From Clostridia bacterium (GTDB lineage: Bacteria > Bacillota > Clostridia > UMGS1883): DNA of 64,000 nt. A program made the translations under genes and the position numbers. The notes beneath the pieces are model-generated. The model made no database searches. It was given only the letters and a program-made list of their open reading frames with translations, and was not told the origin of the DNA. The DNA is taken from the NCBI GenBank assembly GCA_045545295.1, contig JAZQAO010000027.1, forward strand, positions 11,538 through 75,537, in the 5' to 3' direction. Positions 1 to 10,502 of the stretch are shown piece after piece. Each line of letters starts with the position of its first letter. Position 1 is the stretch's first letter.

Positions 1-1586
1 TAATGCTCCGGCTTTGTGATAAATGGGCATATACCGATTCTTACATTATTATTTTCCGAAACAAATGACTTGGGATAATTCTGCCAGAAGTCTTCCACGA
101 TTAGTTTTGTATTATCAACATTAAACCTACCGTCAAGCTTTCGGGGAAGTTCTTTTCCATCAACAAGTGCTGTTTTTTCATCAAGCTGCATTACGTTGAT
201 TTTTTTAACCTTTTCCGAAGGTCCTTCGAGATACAGTCCCTCTATAGTATAGAATTCAGTTTTTAAAAGGTCATTTTCAAAGCCGAATTCAAGACGGTAT
301 GCGTCAACATTTCTGTAAAAATGCAGATGTGTATAGCATTTCATACTTCTTTTACCATCACACATAAATCGGTTAGCACGGGATACAACTATGTGATTTA
401 CGCCCTGCTCCTCAACAGTATATTCACCGCCGCAGGCAACATAACGCATACCGTCAGTGCCATAGATTACCGCAAGAAGCTCTCTGTCCGGAAGAACTGA
501 TTTGTTATCGTTACAAAAACTATAAGTTCTATTTCCGTTCACAACAGTTACACCGGTTTCTTCACATTTAACAGAGAACACATCTTCAACAGCTACCTGC
601 ACTCCGTCTACTGCATAGAATTTTCTTCCGTCAATGGGTAAAAGAGCACTGACAGAAACCGTTTTTATGCTTCCGTCTTCCCACTCAGAAGTAACCTTAC
701 ACTGAGAAGCATATAAAGCACCTTTTTCATCCTTAATCTGAAGTCCGTCGCAGAAAAACACCTGTCCCTTCCCAAAAGGAAGAACGCTTGTAACAGGGTG
801 TATTCCCTCTTTTACGGTAGCATATTTAATCTCAATGTTTACGGGTGAATTCTCTTTCTTTTCGTAAACCTTTTCCCTGCATCTTCCTCTGCCGCAGAGC
901 ATATTTTCGTCTTCGTCAATAAGCTCAATAACAAATCTTATTCCCCAGTATTCCTCGGGAATCGTAAAGCGGTGGTTATTCAGGTATTCGTCTTCAGAAT
1001 ATACAACGTCACCAAGCAGAATTCTTGCACGGCTGGCTACCGTTGTCCAGAAACGCACTTCACCATTGTCTGTTGTAAGATTCATAATACGGTTAAGCTG
1101 AGGCTTGGGTGCATCTTTCATAAGCACGATTGCAGTAAAAAGAACGTGTTCCCCCGCAAGTACGCTGTATTTTATTTCGTCACCTTTTTTAAGGTCTACG
1201 ACATCTTCCGTTACAAAGAAATAATATTTTTTATCATCTCTTCCGTAACGGAATTGACCGAGTTTTTCCCCGTTTACGCTAAGCTCTACAAGGCATTCAC
1301 CGAATTCACCGCATTCTTCTTCCAGAACAGGTATATATTCCTCATCATACGTACCGAAAGTATCTCTTACCTGAAGGGCAAGATGATACTTTCCGGTGGC
1401 AGGTGCCTTTGCCGAAAGGCTTGCCCCTGTCATTCCGTAGTCAAACACGTGAGGCACAAAGGAACCTCTTTTCTGTGCGTGAAATCCCTCGTTATGTAAC
1501 ACATCAGAAGAAAGGACAAAATCGTTTTCGGAATGAACGTATTTTGTTATTTCTGCATCTCCTGAAAGTAATCTGATAAAGTTCAT
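1..1586 (-). CDS. YetA/PcRGLX (PL26)-like exo-rhamnogalacturonan lyase family protein, 5' part (runs off window); paralogue of 34465..37194
   Basis: Not in ORF track. ATG at 1586 with GGAGG RBS. Manual translation gives MNFIRLLSGDAEITK...SEWEDGSIK...VEDFWQNYPKS, matching MKFLKSISGSAEIIK...TWEDGSIR...IPDFWQNYPAE of 34465..37194. Confidence 0.75.
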   Translation of the reverse strand, partial: MNFIRLLSGDAEITKYVHSENDFVLSSDVLHNEGFHAQKRGSFVPHVFDYGMTGASLSAKAPATGKYHLALQVRDTFGTYDEEYIPVLEEECGEFGECLVELSVNGEKLGQFRYGRDDKKYYFFVTEDVVDLKKGDEIKYSVLAGEHVLFTAIVLMKDAPKPQLNRIMNLTTDNGEVRFWTTVASRARILLGDVVYSEDEYLNNHRFTIPEEYWGIRFVIELIDEDENMLCGRGRCREKVYEKKENSPVNIEIKYATVKEGIHPVTSVLPFGKGQVFFCDGLQIKDEKGALYASQCKVTSEWEDGSIKTVSVSALLPIDGRKFYAVDGVQVAVEDVFSVKCEETGVTVVNGNRTYSFCNDNKSVLPDRELLAVIYGTDGMRYVACGGEYTVEEQGVNHIVVSRANRFMCDGKRSMKCYTHLHFYRNVDAYRLEFGFENDLLKTEFYTIEGLYLEGPSEKVKKINVMQLDEKTALVDGKELPRKLDGRFNVDNTKLIVEDFWQNYPKSFVSENNNVRIGICPFITKPEH

Positions 1587-1607
1587 AAAATTTCCTCCAT
1601 TAAAGGA

Positions 1608-4600
1608 TTAATACTGTGAAATATTAAATCCTCTGCCGATTCCGTCAGCCACTTTTGCACCGTTCTTGTTATACCAGAAATAGAGAACTACCGTTCCGCC
1701 TTCGTTAGTAATTGTACCGATATCGGTTGTTCCGTCACCGTCCATATCGCAAGTGAACTTACTGCTACCTGTCTGATATGACTTCATACTTGTAGAGTCA
1801 TATCCTCTTACAGGTGCAAGGGGTTTAACCTTTACCTTAAATTCACCGTCAAGAAGGACATTATCTGTTGGCATAAAGATATAATCAAGTCCTCCCTCAC
1901 CTGTCCAGTTAATGATATTGAACTGTCTGTTACGGATAAAGCTGTTTGTAACATTAAGAATTTCACCGTCAAGCGACAAATACATAAGCTGTGCCGCAGG
2001 CTGACCCATGGCATTGTCACCGGTGATAATCTGATAAGGATGCTCGTCAAGACCTAAGTTTGCCTTTTCAACAGTTTCATAATGAACTGCATCATCAAGT
2101 GACCAGACTCTGTCACCGTTGCCGTCAATCATAATGATATTTGCGCCACCACCACAGGGAGACATACAAAAACGCATATCTTCTTTTGGAATACCCTTAT
2201 TAGGGAATGCTTTAAGTTCACCTGCAAGCTTCTTTGTAAGAAGTTCTTTATCTTCTGCATCTATCTTGCCGTCACCTGTTGTATCACCTGCAGTAAACTG
2301 ATTACCGCTGAGTGTAACCTCACCTGAAATATGCTTTTCAAGAAGTGCAAGGTCTTTCTCGTTAATAATGAAATCCCCTGTTGTGTCGCCTGTAAGAACA
2401 AAGTTTACAACTTCAAGCGAGTCCTTATGTCCACGGCTGATAAATCCGGGGTAATCAGATTCCTTCATTGACCACATAACACTTCCGTCATCATCTATGC
2501 AGGCATAGCCCACAATAACTTCATCATGTCCGTCGTTATCTATATCTATAGGCTGTGGATAGTGACCAACCTTTAAGCCTTCAGGCATACAAGTGTACCA
2601 GATAGGCTTCCAGTCTTTTGTATATGCCCATACTTCAGTATAACGGGTTTTAACCATAATGTCACTTGGATAACCGTTACCTGAAATGTCTGCAAAGATT
2701 ATTGTATCACTTGCCCAACTGCCCGGTGTATATTCTGAGGTTGGCATTTTGTAACGCTTTTTCACTTCTCCTGTTGCTGCGTTAAATATGTAAAGATACT
2801 CGCTTGTAGCTGCAACAACCTCAAGCTGTCCGTCATTTTCAAGGTCGTGTACCTGACAAGGAAGGTCACTTCCGAGAGCTTTTGAGCCTTTCGAAGGATC
2901 GCCCCATTTCCAAAGGATTGTACCGTCAGCTTCCTGTACAGCTATACTTGCACAGTCGTGATTACCGGAAAATAGCGGATCATCGTAAATACGTGCAGAA
3001 ACGTATTCAAGCTCACCGTCATTATCAACATCATTTATGCAAACCCAACGGCTCTGATACTCAGGATCAAGCTCAACTCTGATGTCAGGCTCAACATATT
3101 CAATATCCTCAGGCTCACCACCCGGAGCAAACACCTGAAATTCTGAAATATTTGCTTCTCCTTCATAATCGGTTATTTTGAATTTTACACTTGTTACAGT
3201 TTTTGCATCAAATGTAATATCTCTGGGATAACCGGTGTTTTTTATATCTTTTACTTCAATTTCAGAACCGTCACTGAAATAAAGAATTCCTGCCTTTGTC
3301 CAGTTTTCATACTTTGCGGAATCGTGCAGAATAACTCGGTTTATTGTCTGAGGCTCATCCCAGGTAAGCTCAACCCACTTATCTGCCTCGTCACCGCTGT
3401 GCCATTCACCGATACCACCAAACTCTGCAATTATATTATCGTTAATACCTTGCTTGTCGTATTTCACGGAGCTTTCACCGGATACTTTAACATCTGCGTT
3501 AAATGCCAGATTATCTACAGGAGTACGACGCTTAAGAATAACACGGAATTCAGAAAGCTGTGCGTAGGTTGTGTTACCCATCGCATCAATTGCATCGTAT
3601 ATAGTTATTCTTACATTTGATGCACGCACAGGTGAAAAGCTTACAAGCTGTTCGCCACTGTAGAATTTATCTGTTTTATCCTGTACTGTTTCGTAGACTG
3701 TTCCCTCACTTCTGTCAGCGTCTACAGTATACTTAAGAGAAACACCGTCAGGAATTTTAAGGTATGCACCCTCTACCTCACTTTCACGCACAAGGTCTAT
3801 ATTACAGAATTGTGTAAATGTGTAAAGCGAAGGAGCTTCATAGTAATCTATATCTATTTTTCCGCCTGTAGCCTTTCCTATAGACCAGCCTGTAGGCTTG
3901 GTTGTACCTGCTTCATATTCTTCAAAATCCTGCTGAACTATAACCTCTTCAAAGCTCTGAAGCGGTGACGAATATGAAACCTTTATATTATCAACATAAA
4001 ATCCGCCTGTTGTACGGGTACTCATGTGATAACGAAGCTGTCTTACGTCATCACAACGCTCTCTGAAAGAGGCTTCCTTAAGGCAAAGCTCCCCGTTAAC
4101 ATAAGTGTCATAGGTCTGTGACTCTGTATTGATTACAATTTTTATGTTATACCAAGTATCTGCAGAAACATCACGGTAAACAGTGCCGCCACCACCTGCA
4201 AGCTTAAACACACCGCCTGACTGAATAAGCGAAACTGCCATATTGCCATTTGATGCATAAATGTAAGGGAGAGCTTTTTCATCTGATACATCGGTTACAA
4301 GCACGTCCTGTTCAACGACTACAACACCTTTGCTGGGTTCAAAGTTATATTGCATTGCAAGGGTTGCATTACCTACTTCAGGCTTTATAAGACGCAGACT
4401 CTTTCCATTATCCTTTGGAGTAAGCGGAGGTGCGGCCTGCCACTTTGTAGAATCGTTTCCATCCACAAGGTTAGTTGCGGGAAATTCTTCTGTTTCTGTA
4501 GAAAATGTCACCTTCTCCCCTGCTGTGCGAAGTCCGGGGACATACTCCTCGTTGGGAGCGTTGTAGCTATCAAGGTAAGGAACACGTGAACTGTAGTAAA

Positions 4601-5288
4601 GTTCACGGGGGTCACTGTCAGTTGAAGAGCTTCCTGTACCTAGTGATGCACCGCTGCCGGAGGATGGTAATTTTGCACCTGTAAGAATTTCTCCGGAGCT
4701 AATACATATATCGTCAAGAATAAGCTTTGCACCTTTTCCCGTTACGCTGTACTGAACGCTGTCTGCAGAGCTCTTTGTACCGTAATTGAGGGTGCTTCCT
4801 ATTTTAATTCCGTTAAGCATAACCTCATAGCTTGAAGACTGCAGATTTGCAATTATTTCTACAGTGTACCAGGTGTTTTCAACATAACCTGAAAGCTTAA
4901 CCCAGCCGTTTGCAGACATAGCTTTAATCTGTCTGTTGCTGAAGGAAATTGCAAACAAACTCTTTCCTTCTGACATTATACGCATCTGTGCTTCTTTCCC
5001 ATCAGAAAAACAGAATTTCTGCCTGAGAGTCAAAACGCTGTCTGTAGAACTGCCAAAGTTAACACGTGCAACTGCGATATCATCTTTATCATTGGTAAGA
5101 CTTACACCTTTTTTATCAGCACCATTGACTAATTTTAAGGTGCTGCCGTAAAAGGTTTCAAAGTTTTCAAGATGATTTTCCGAAACTGAATCAAAGTCCA
5201 TTTCTATATAAATCGTTTCTTTATCAGCCGCATATACGGGAATTATTCCCATACACATAATAAGAAGTATTGCCAATATTCTTTTCAT
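1608..5288 (-). CDS. Secreted multidomain protein: lectin-like and F5/8 (CBM32-like) domains plus PL11-like FG-GAP beta-propeller with inserted dockerin
   Basis: Signal peptide MKRILAILL after GGAGG. NLVDGNDSTKW discoidin motif, DxDxDG repeats, GHYPQPIDIDNDGHDE and GHKDS motifs, twin GDTTGD dockerin repeats. Confidence 0.7.
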   Translation of the reverse strand: MKRILAILLIMCMGIIPVYAADKETIYIEMDFDSVSENHLENFETFYGSTLKLVNGADKKGVSLTNDKDDIAVARVNFGSSTDSVLTLRQKFCFSDGKEAQMRIMSEGKSLFAISFSNRQIKAMSANGWVKLSGYVENTWYTVEIIANLQSSSYEVMLNGIKIGSTLNYGTKSSADSVQYSVTGKGAKLILDDICISSGEILTGAKLPSSGSGASLGTGSSSTDSDPRELYYSSRVPYLDSYNAPNEEYVPGLRTAGEKVTFSTETEEFPATNLVDGNDSTKWQAAPPLTPKDNGKSLRLIKPEVGNATLAMQYNFEPSKGVVVVEQDVLVTDVSDEKALPYIYASNGNMAVSLIQSGGVFKLAGGGGTVYRDVSADTWYNIKIVINTESQTYDTYVNGELCLKEASFRERCDDVRQLRYHMSTRTTGGFYVDNIKVSYSSPLQSFEEVIVQQDFEEYEAGTTKPTGWSIGKATGGKIDIDYYEAPSLYTFTQFCNIDLVRESEVEGAYLKIPDGVSLKYTVDADRSEGTVYETVQDKTDKFYSGEQLVSFSPVRASNVRITIYDAIDAMGNTTYAQLSEFRVILKRRTPVDNLAFNADVKVSGESSVKYDKQGINDNIIAEFGGIGEWHSGDEADKWVELTWDEPQTINRVILHDSAKYENWTKAGILYFSDGSEIEVKDIKNTGYPRDITFDAKTVTSVKFKITDYEGEANISEFQVFAPGGEPEDIEYVEPDIRVELDPEYQSRWVCINDVDNDGELEYVSARIYDDPLFSGNHDCASIAVQEADGTILWKWGDPSKGSKALGSDLPCQVHDLENDGQLEVVAATSEYLYIFNAATGEVKKRYKMPTSEYTPGSWASDTIIFADISGNGYPSDIMVKTRYTEVWAYTKDWKPIWYTCMPEGLKVGHYPQPIDIDNDGHDEVIVGYACIDDDGSVMWSMKESDYPGFISRGHKDSLEVVNFVLTGDTTGDFIINEKDLALLEKHISGEVTLSGNQFTAGDTTGDGKIDAEDKELLTKKLAGELKAFPNKGIPKEDMRFCMSPCGGGANIIMIDGNGDRVWSLDDAVHYETVEKANLGLDEHPYQIITGDNAMGQPAAQLMYLSLDGEILNVTNSFIRNRQFNIINWTGEGGLDYIFMPTDNVLLDGEFKVKVKPLAPVRGYDSTSMKSYQTGSSKFTCDMDGDGTTDIGTITNEGGTVVLYFWYNKNGAKVADGIGRGFNISQY

Positions 5289-5306
5289 TGAGCAGCCTCC
5301 TTTCAA

Positions 5307-7970
5307 TTACTCTTCAATAACGAATATTTCACGAACATAATGATAACGGTAGTTAAGCACCATAAGGGACCCGTCGGGCACGCTCACAGGGCTTCCCGTG
5401 GACTGAATAAGAACTGATTCGTCTGCGGGTTCAAATTTCTTTGTTTCTTCAGAATATTTGTAAATAATACTACCGTTAAGGTATGCGGCCCAAGGACGTT
5501 CTGCACCTACATATACGCTGATTGCAGAGCCGTTCTTTCTCCACAATCTTCCTGTCTGACTCCATATTGTGGGGAATCTTCCGCTACCCTTTATTGTATT
5601 ACGTTCTGTAATGGTTGCACCCTGACTTGGCGAATATACAACATAGTCAGAATGAATCTTAAGGTCACCTTTAAGGGTTTTCTGACACTGTACAATACTT
5701 CCCTTTTCGGGAACAGAGCCGTCAAGCGAAGTATATACAAACTCTTCCTCTACCCCGCGAAGATATCCTCTTACCATAGGCTGGAATTCGCCATCCTTAT
5801 CCTTACCCATATAAACATCGTTAATAGCAAGGAAGTATGCATCAATAACTTCTACATCACTTCCTGCAGAAGCATCCGGCATATAAAGAAGAACTGTTGC
5901 TGTATATGTATCGTCGCAGTCAAATACCTGCATATTTGCGTAGTCATCATTATTTTCAAATATAGATACATCTACAATCTGCATATCATCCTCAACAGCC
6001 TGACCGTTATCCTGCGGAATATAAAATACCTTTGTTGTTCCGGATAGATGGAACACCTGATTATAAGATGATTCATGAACAAAGCTTGACGTAGAATTCT
6101 GGAAATTGTAGGTCTCTGCTGAGTTTACTGTATCAAAATCCATTGAGAAGCTATCAAGGTCATAGCCTAAAGAAGTTGCATTTTTAGCTTTCTCGATTGA
6201 AGTAACAACGCCCTGGTCATTAACGCTGTAACGTACCATCTGCGGAATAAAATTACCTACTCCGTCAAAGAAAAGATTCATTACGTCTTTTGTTTTATAG
6301 GTTTTTAACTCAACATTTTCTGCAGAGAATTTAATTTTTTCTGCAATATCAAATATCTGAATTTTTCCCTTGTGGTCAAAAAGCTTTATCTCATAAGTTT
6401 TGTTAAATGAGCCTTTCTGTCCGGCATTTATGGCGTATCCGTACACATTTTCTTCACTGCTTACCTTGTATACAGCCGCAATTTCGCCTACTACGTCAAA
6501 ATAAAATTCAGATCTTAAACCTGATTTTATCGAAACAAAGCCTGTATTTGCGGGAAGATTCATATACTGGTCAGAAACGACATACTCATAGCCGTTAATC
6601 TGCACAGATGTACTGTCTTCCTTAATAACGGCTTCCACGGTGCCACCGACACCGCTGCGTGTAGGAATAATTGTTATAAGTGAGCCGTCTTTTGAATGTG
6701 CCACGCTGAGAACATCCCAGTTTGAAAGCTTAAGAAGTGTTTCCCAATCTCCCCACTCACCGTCATTTCCGAGCACGCGGTAAGTTGCATCTTCATCTTT
6801 ACGAAGAGTCTTCTTATAGTGACAGTTAATTACATTGTCAGAAACTGTTTCACAAACATAGTTTTCAAAATCCCATACAAAGCAAACGTCATAGACTTCG
6901 TCATCATTGTGGTCTACAAGATTCACATAACCTGTAGAAAAGTCAAGGTCATCAGTGTCAAAGTCAAGGTCGTAAACACCGTTATAGATAAAACGGTGCT
7001 CATCAGAAAGCATTGCAGACTGAATTTTTCCTGTCTGATTTTCATATACGAATTCTTTCAGTGTAAAATCTGCGGAAGCGGTGTCAAGGTCTTTTACTTT
7101 TATCTTAAGTTCATTGTTGTCTGCTGTAGGAAAAGCATATATAAGCTTTTCAGCTTCACCATTAATATTTGTAGAATATGCTTCTACCCTGTAACCGAGA
7201 AGCGACGGTACGTATGCATCCGTGTATGTTAAAACAGTGCTTCCGATTTTCACGCTTCCTTCAGCAGTATCTTTATTACGAGAAAGCATACTTCTTCCGT
7301 CAACACTGTTTACAACAGCTTCAAATTTACGTACCCCAAGATATTTACCAAGAATAGTATTTCCGTTCTTTGTGCTGTAGCCTGCATCATCAGACACGGC
7401 AGTAAGTTCAACAAGCTCCACGTCAAGACAGTTATAAATCATCTGTGCAAGCTCAGCACGGCTTACAAGACTGCCCTGCTTATAATTTACATTTTCAAAT
7501 ATACCAAGCTTACTTGCGCAAATTGAGTAACCCAGAGGATAGCCACCACTTCTCTCTGCCTGAACCTCGTATCCAAGAACATACAACAAGCATTTCACAG
7601 CCTGCTCATAGGTAATATATGAGTTAGGCATAAAATTTCCGTCTGCATCGCCAATCATAATTTTACGTGAATGTACGGTTGCAATCTGGTCATAATACGC
7701 ATGGCCTTCATTTACATCTGCAAATTCAGGTTTTTCTGCAGTTTCAACATCGTGCATATTGATAAGTTTACATATTATTGAAGCAAATTCGCCTCTTGTC
7801 ATAAATGACGCATCAGAATCGTTGTTTGAAAATGCATCCATTATTCCCAAAGCTTTTACAACCTGCAGATGGTCAGTGTTTACATACAGCATTGCATCGT
7901 TTTCTGCTGATGCCGGAACTATAGATAAAGCAAGCATCATACATAATATAACTGATAAAACTTTACGCAT
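5307..7970 (-). CDS. Surface protein with N-terminal SLH domains (~890 aa)
   Basis: Signal peptide; SLH motifs MTRGEFA, FADV, GNFMPNSYITYEQA, VSRAELA; paralogue of 26937..29618 and 41766..44540. Confidence 0.8.
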   Translation of the reverse strand: MRKVLSVILCMMLALSIVPASAENDAMLYVNTDHLQVVKALGIMDAFSNNDSDASFMTRGEFASIICKLINMHDVETAEKPEFADVNEGHAYYDQIATVHSRKIMIGDADGNFMPNSYITYEQAVKCLLYVLGYEVQAERSGGYPLGYSICASKLGIFENVNYKQGSLVSRAELAQMIYNCLDVELVELTAVSDDAGYSTKNGNTILGKYLGVRKFEAVVNSVDGRSMLSRNKDTAEGSVKIGSTVLTYTDAYVPSLLGYRVEAYSTNINGEAEKLIYAFPTADNNELKIKVKDLDTASADFTLKEFVYENQTGKIQSAMLSDEHRFIYNGVYDLDFDTDDLDFSTGYVNLVDHNDDEVYDVCFVWDFENYVCETVSDNVINCHYKKTLRKDEDATYRVLGNDGEWGDWETLLKLSNWDVLSVAHSKDGSLITIIPTRSGVGGTVEAVIKEDSTSVQINGYEYVVSDQYMNLPANTGFVSIKSGLRSEFYFDVVGEIAAVYKVSSEENVYGYAINAGQKGSFNKTYEIKLFDHKGKIQIFDIAEKIKFSAENVELKTYKTKDVMNLFFDGVGNFIPQMVRYSVNDQGVVTSIEKAKNATSLGYDLDSFSMDFDTVNSAETYNFQNSTSSFVHESSYNQVFHLSGTTKVFYIPQDNGQAVEDDMQIVDVSIFENNDDYANMQVFDCDDTYTATVLLYMPDASAGSDVEVIDAYFLAINDVYMGKDKDGEFQPMVRGYLRGVEEEFVYTSLDGSVPEKGSIVQCQKTLKGDLKIHSDYVVYSPSQGATITERNTIKGSGRFPTIWSQTGRLWRKNGSAISVYVGAERPWAAYLNGSIIYKYSEETKKFEPADESVLIQSTGSPVSVPDGSLMVLNYRYHYVREIFVIEE

Positions 7971-7982
7971 ATTCAAACCTCC

Positions 7983-10472
7983 TTAATCCTGTGTTAATTC
8001 ATTAAGCAAGCCGTAAAGAAGCTTTGCGGCCTCTGCTCTGCTTGTGTTGTTTTTCGGACGGATTGTGTTATCCTCATATCCTGAAATTATGCCATTGGCG
8101 CTAAGATAATTAACAGCATCTTTTGCATAATCCGAAACTTCTGCGTAGTCAGAAAAAGCGGCATTTCCTGAAGCACCCTCAATCTTAAGGGCACGGTAAA
8201 TCATAACTGCAAGCTGCTCTCTTGTAATGTAATCATAAGGCATAAACTTTCCGTCTGCGCCCTGTACAATGCCATAAGATACGGCTTTTTTAACATCTTT
8301 ACAGAACCAGTCCGTGTCGTTTACATCACTGAAAGCAATCTCCTTACTATCAGTATCAGGAAGAATTCTTCCGAGCATTACTACAAATTCAGCACGTGTA
8401 AGAGTTTTTTCCGGGCGGAAAGTATTGTCTTCATAGCCTGTAACAATGCCCTCTTTGTACAATGCAGAAATTGCTTCTTCTGCCCAGTGGCTGTATACGT
8501 CTGTAAGTTCTTTCTTTTCATCTTCAGAGGGTGCAGCTTCAACGGGTTCAATTTTCGGAGCAAGCTCTTCATCATCTTTCTTTACCGTAACAGAGTTGCT
8601 GCTTCCGCCACCGAAAAAGCCTCCGCCACCGCCGGAAGAGCCGCCACCTGAGGGTTTTCCTGATGAGCTTCCGCCTGAAGTAAAGTCTTCCTCTTCGAGT
8701 TCCGGAGGAGTTACAGGTTCCTCGGGAATATCTGAAAGTGCCTCATTCCAGTCAGTACGGATATCTTCAACTTTCGTATAAGCTTTATTGTAAAGATTTG
8801 AGTATAGTGAATCTGAGTTATCTGAAGTAACCTTTGAAAGGTCAAGTCCGAAAACATCTTCGTTATATTCGCCTACAATGGCTTCAATACCGCTTCTTTC
8901 TGCAGCATTTATACTTGTCATAGCCATAGCGTAACGAAGTGCAGCATTTATTTTCTCATCTGAAACAAGAGGATTTTCATTATCTATGCGCTTTGTTTCA
9001 AAATGGATGAAGAAAGCGTCTTCGTTCTCTATAAATACTTCACTTTCTGCATATTCAGTAAGATAGTTTCCTCTTTCTAAAACTGTACGGATTTCCTCTT
9101 GTGACTGTGCATTTTTAAGCTCAAGATAACCCTTTGCTTTCAGAAAGTCTTCCTGAACATCTGAAATTTCACTGTAATCAACTGTACTGTTTTTAAAGTA
9201 CGCTGTTATAAAGCCAAGATTATTTATCGCCTGCTGTGTAAGAGCACCATCTTCTTTAGGAAGAAGTGTATTTATTTCTTCTTCAGTTAAGAAACAAGGA
9301 AGATAATACTCAACAAGAGCCTGTGCCTCGACTTCTGTCTCGGGAAGCTGAGAAAAATCACCGGGAAGCGCTTCAAGCTGCTCTGTTGTAGCAATATAAA
9401 TTTTCTGCTGTTTACCACTGCCTTTTATTTCTCCGCTGATATAACGCTGTACATCAGCAAAATACCAGCCGGGATTTACATTTACTTCTTCATTAAAGCT
9501 AAAAGTGGCTTTACCGTCATCAGATTTAACAGCCGCACTCATCGAAAGTTCTGTTATGTCGGTGTCATCTTCAGCATTAACAAGAGAAAGTCTGTAGTTT
9601 TGTTCAAGATACATAGAGTCGGTACCGTTTGATACAACAAGGTTTGGAGTTGCTTCTGAATAGTTCATTGCTGCTTCAAAATTCATAGAAAGTTCTGAAG
9701 GAATGTATTCAACTTCAGTTTTACCCTTAACTATAATGTCGTCAAAGTATATTACTTCATCAAGCGGATTGCCTGTGTCGTAACGGTACTGATAAATTCT
9801 CACAAGTTCAACTTGTTTTCCGTAAGTGTAACCGATACCGCCGGTTCCTATTTCAGCAAATGTGTATGTACCTTTAAGTTCACCGTTAAGATATACATAG
9901 AATTTTGACAAATCACTGTTTGTAGCACCGTCTACATTAACTCTGTGCATAACCATTTTAATATTATTGAAGTTTTCTTTAGTAAAGTTATCCCCATCAT
10001 CTTCGAAATTTTTTGGAAGATGGTAAAGGTCTTCCTTACCGATAACTTCTTTACTTCCGACTTTTATTCTATATTTTGTAAGGTCACCGTTATCGCAGCT
10101 TATTTTTACATTAAGTCTTGCACTGCTTGAACCCTGAAAAAGCTGAATATATGCTTCTGCCTTTTCCCCATCTGTTTCTCTCGGAAGAAGCTTGAATTCA
10201 AGTTCTACGATATCTTGAGTTATAGCAGTATCTAAAACCAGTTTTTCTATGTTATCTACAGAAGTGTCTGTTCTATGGATAACAAGAGCTTTTTCCCGGC
10301 TATCTCCAATTTCAACTACTGTATTTTGTGAAGATTCTGCGGCATAGCTTTCAAAATTCTGCGAGAATGTAAGTTCGGTCACATATGCAGTTTCCGAACT
10401 TTCTGCCATTGCCGCAGAAACAACAGAAAATGCCATTATTACTGCAATAATCAATGATACACTTTTTTTCAT
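7983..10472 (-). CDS. Surface protein with three C-terminal SLH domains
   Basis: Signal peptide, Gly/Ser linker, then HWAEEAI..GYEDNTFRPEKTLTRAEF, ITREQLA, TSRAEAA. Confidence 0.85.
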   Translation of the reverse strand: MKKSVSLIIAVIMAFSVVSAAMAESSETAYVTELTFSQNFESYAAESSQNTVVEIGDSREKALVIHRTDTSVDNIEKLVLDTAITQDIVELEFKLLPRETDGEKAEAYIQLFQGSSSARLNVKISCDNGDLTKYRIKVGSKEVIGKEDLYHLPKNFEDDGDNFTKENFNNIKMVMHRVNVDGATNSDLSKFYVYLNGELKGTYTFAEIGTGGIGYTYGKQVELVRIYQYRYDTGNPLDEVIYFDDIIVKGKTEVEYIPSELSMNFEAAMNYSEATPNLVVSNGTDSMYLEQNYRLSLVNAEDDTDITELSMSAAVKSDDGKATFSFNEEVNVNPGWYFADVQRYISGEIKGSGKQQKIYIATTEQLEALPGDFSQLPETEVEAQALVEYYLPCFLTEEEINTLLPKEDGALTQQAINNLGFITAYFKNSTVDYSEISDVQEDFLKAKGYLELKNAQSQEEIRTVLERGNYLTEYAESEVFIENEDAFFIHFETKRIDNENPLVSDEKINAALRYAMAMTSINAAERSGIEAIVGEYNEDVFGLDLSKVTSDNSDSLYSNLYNKAYTKVEDIRTDWNEALSDIPEEPVTPPELEEEDFTSGGSSSGKPSGGGSSGGGGGFFGGGSSNSVTVKKDDEELAPKIEPVEAAPSEDEKKELTDVYSHWAEEAISALYKEGIVTGYEDNTFRPEKTLTRAEFVVMLGRILPDTDSKEIAFSDVNDTDWFCKDVKKAVSYGIVQGADGKFMPYDYITREQLAVMIYRALKIEGASGNAAFSDYAEVSDYAKDAVNYLSANGIISGYEDNTIRPKNNTSRAEAAKLLYGLLNELTQD

Positions 10473-10502
10473 AATATATCCTCCCTTAGTGATTAAAACC
10501 TT

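Noticed and set aside
972-1499. 175 aa plus-strand ORF in the track
   Set aside because: Antisense shadow of the minus-strand PL26-like gene (1..1586), which has an RBS and a clear paralogue.
8590-8690. GC-rich CCGCC/CCACC repeats here and near 30280-30335 and 45155-45210
   Set aside because: They encode Gly/Ser linkers before SLH domains and are not independent DNA repeats.
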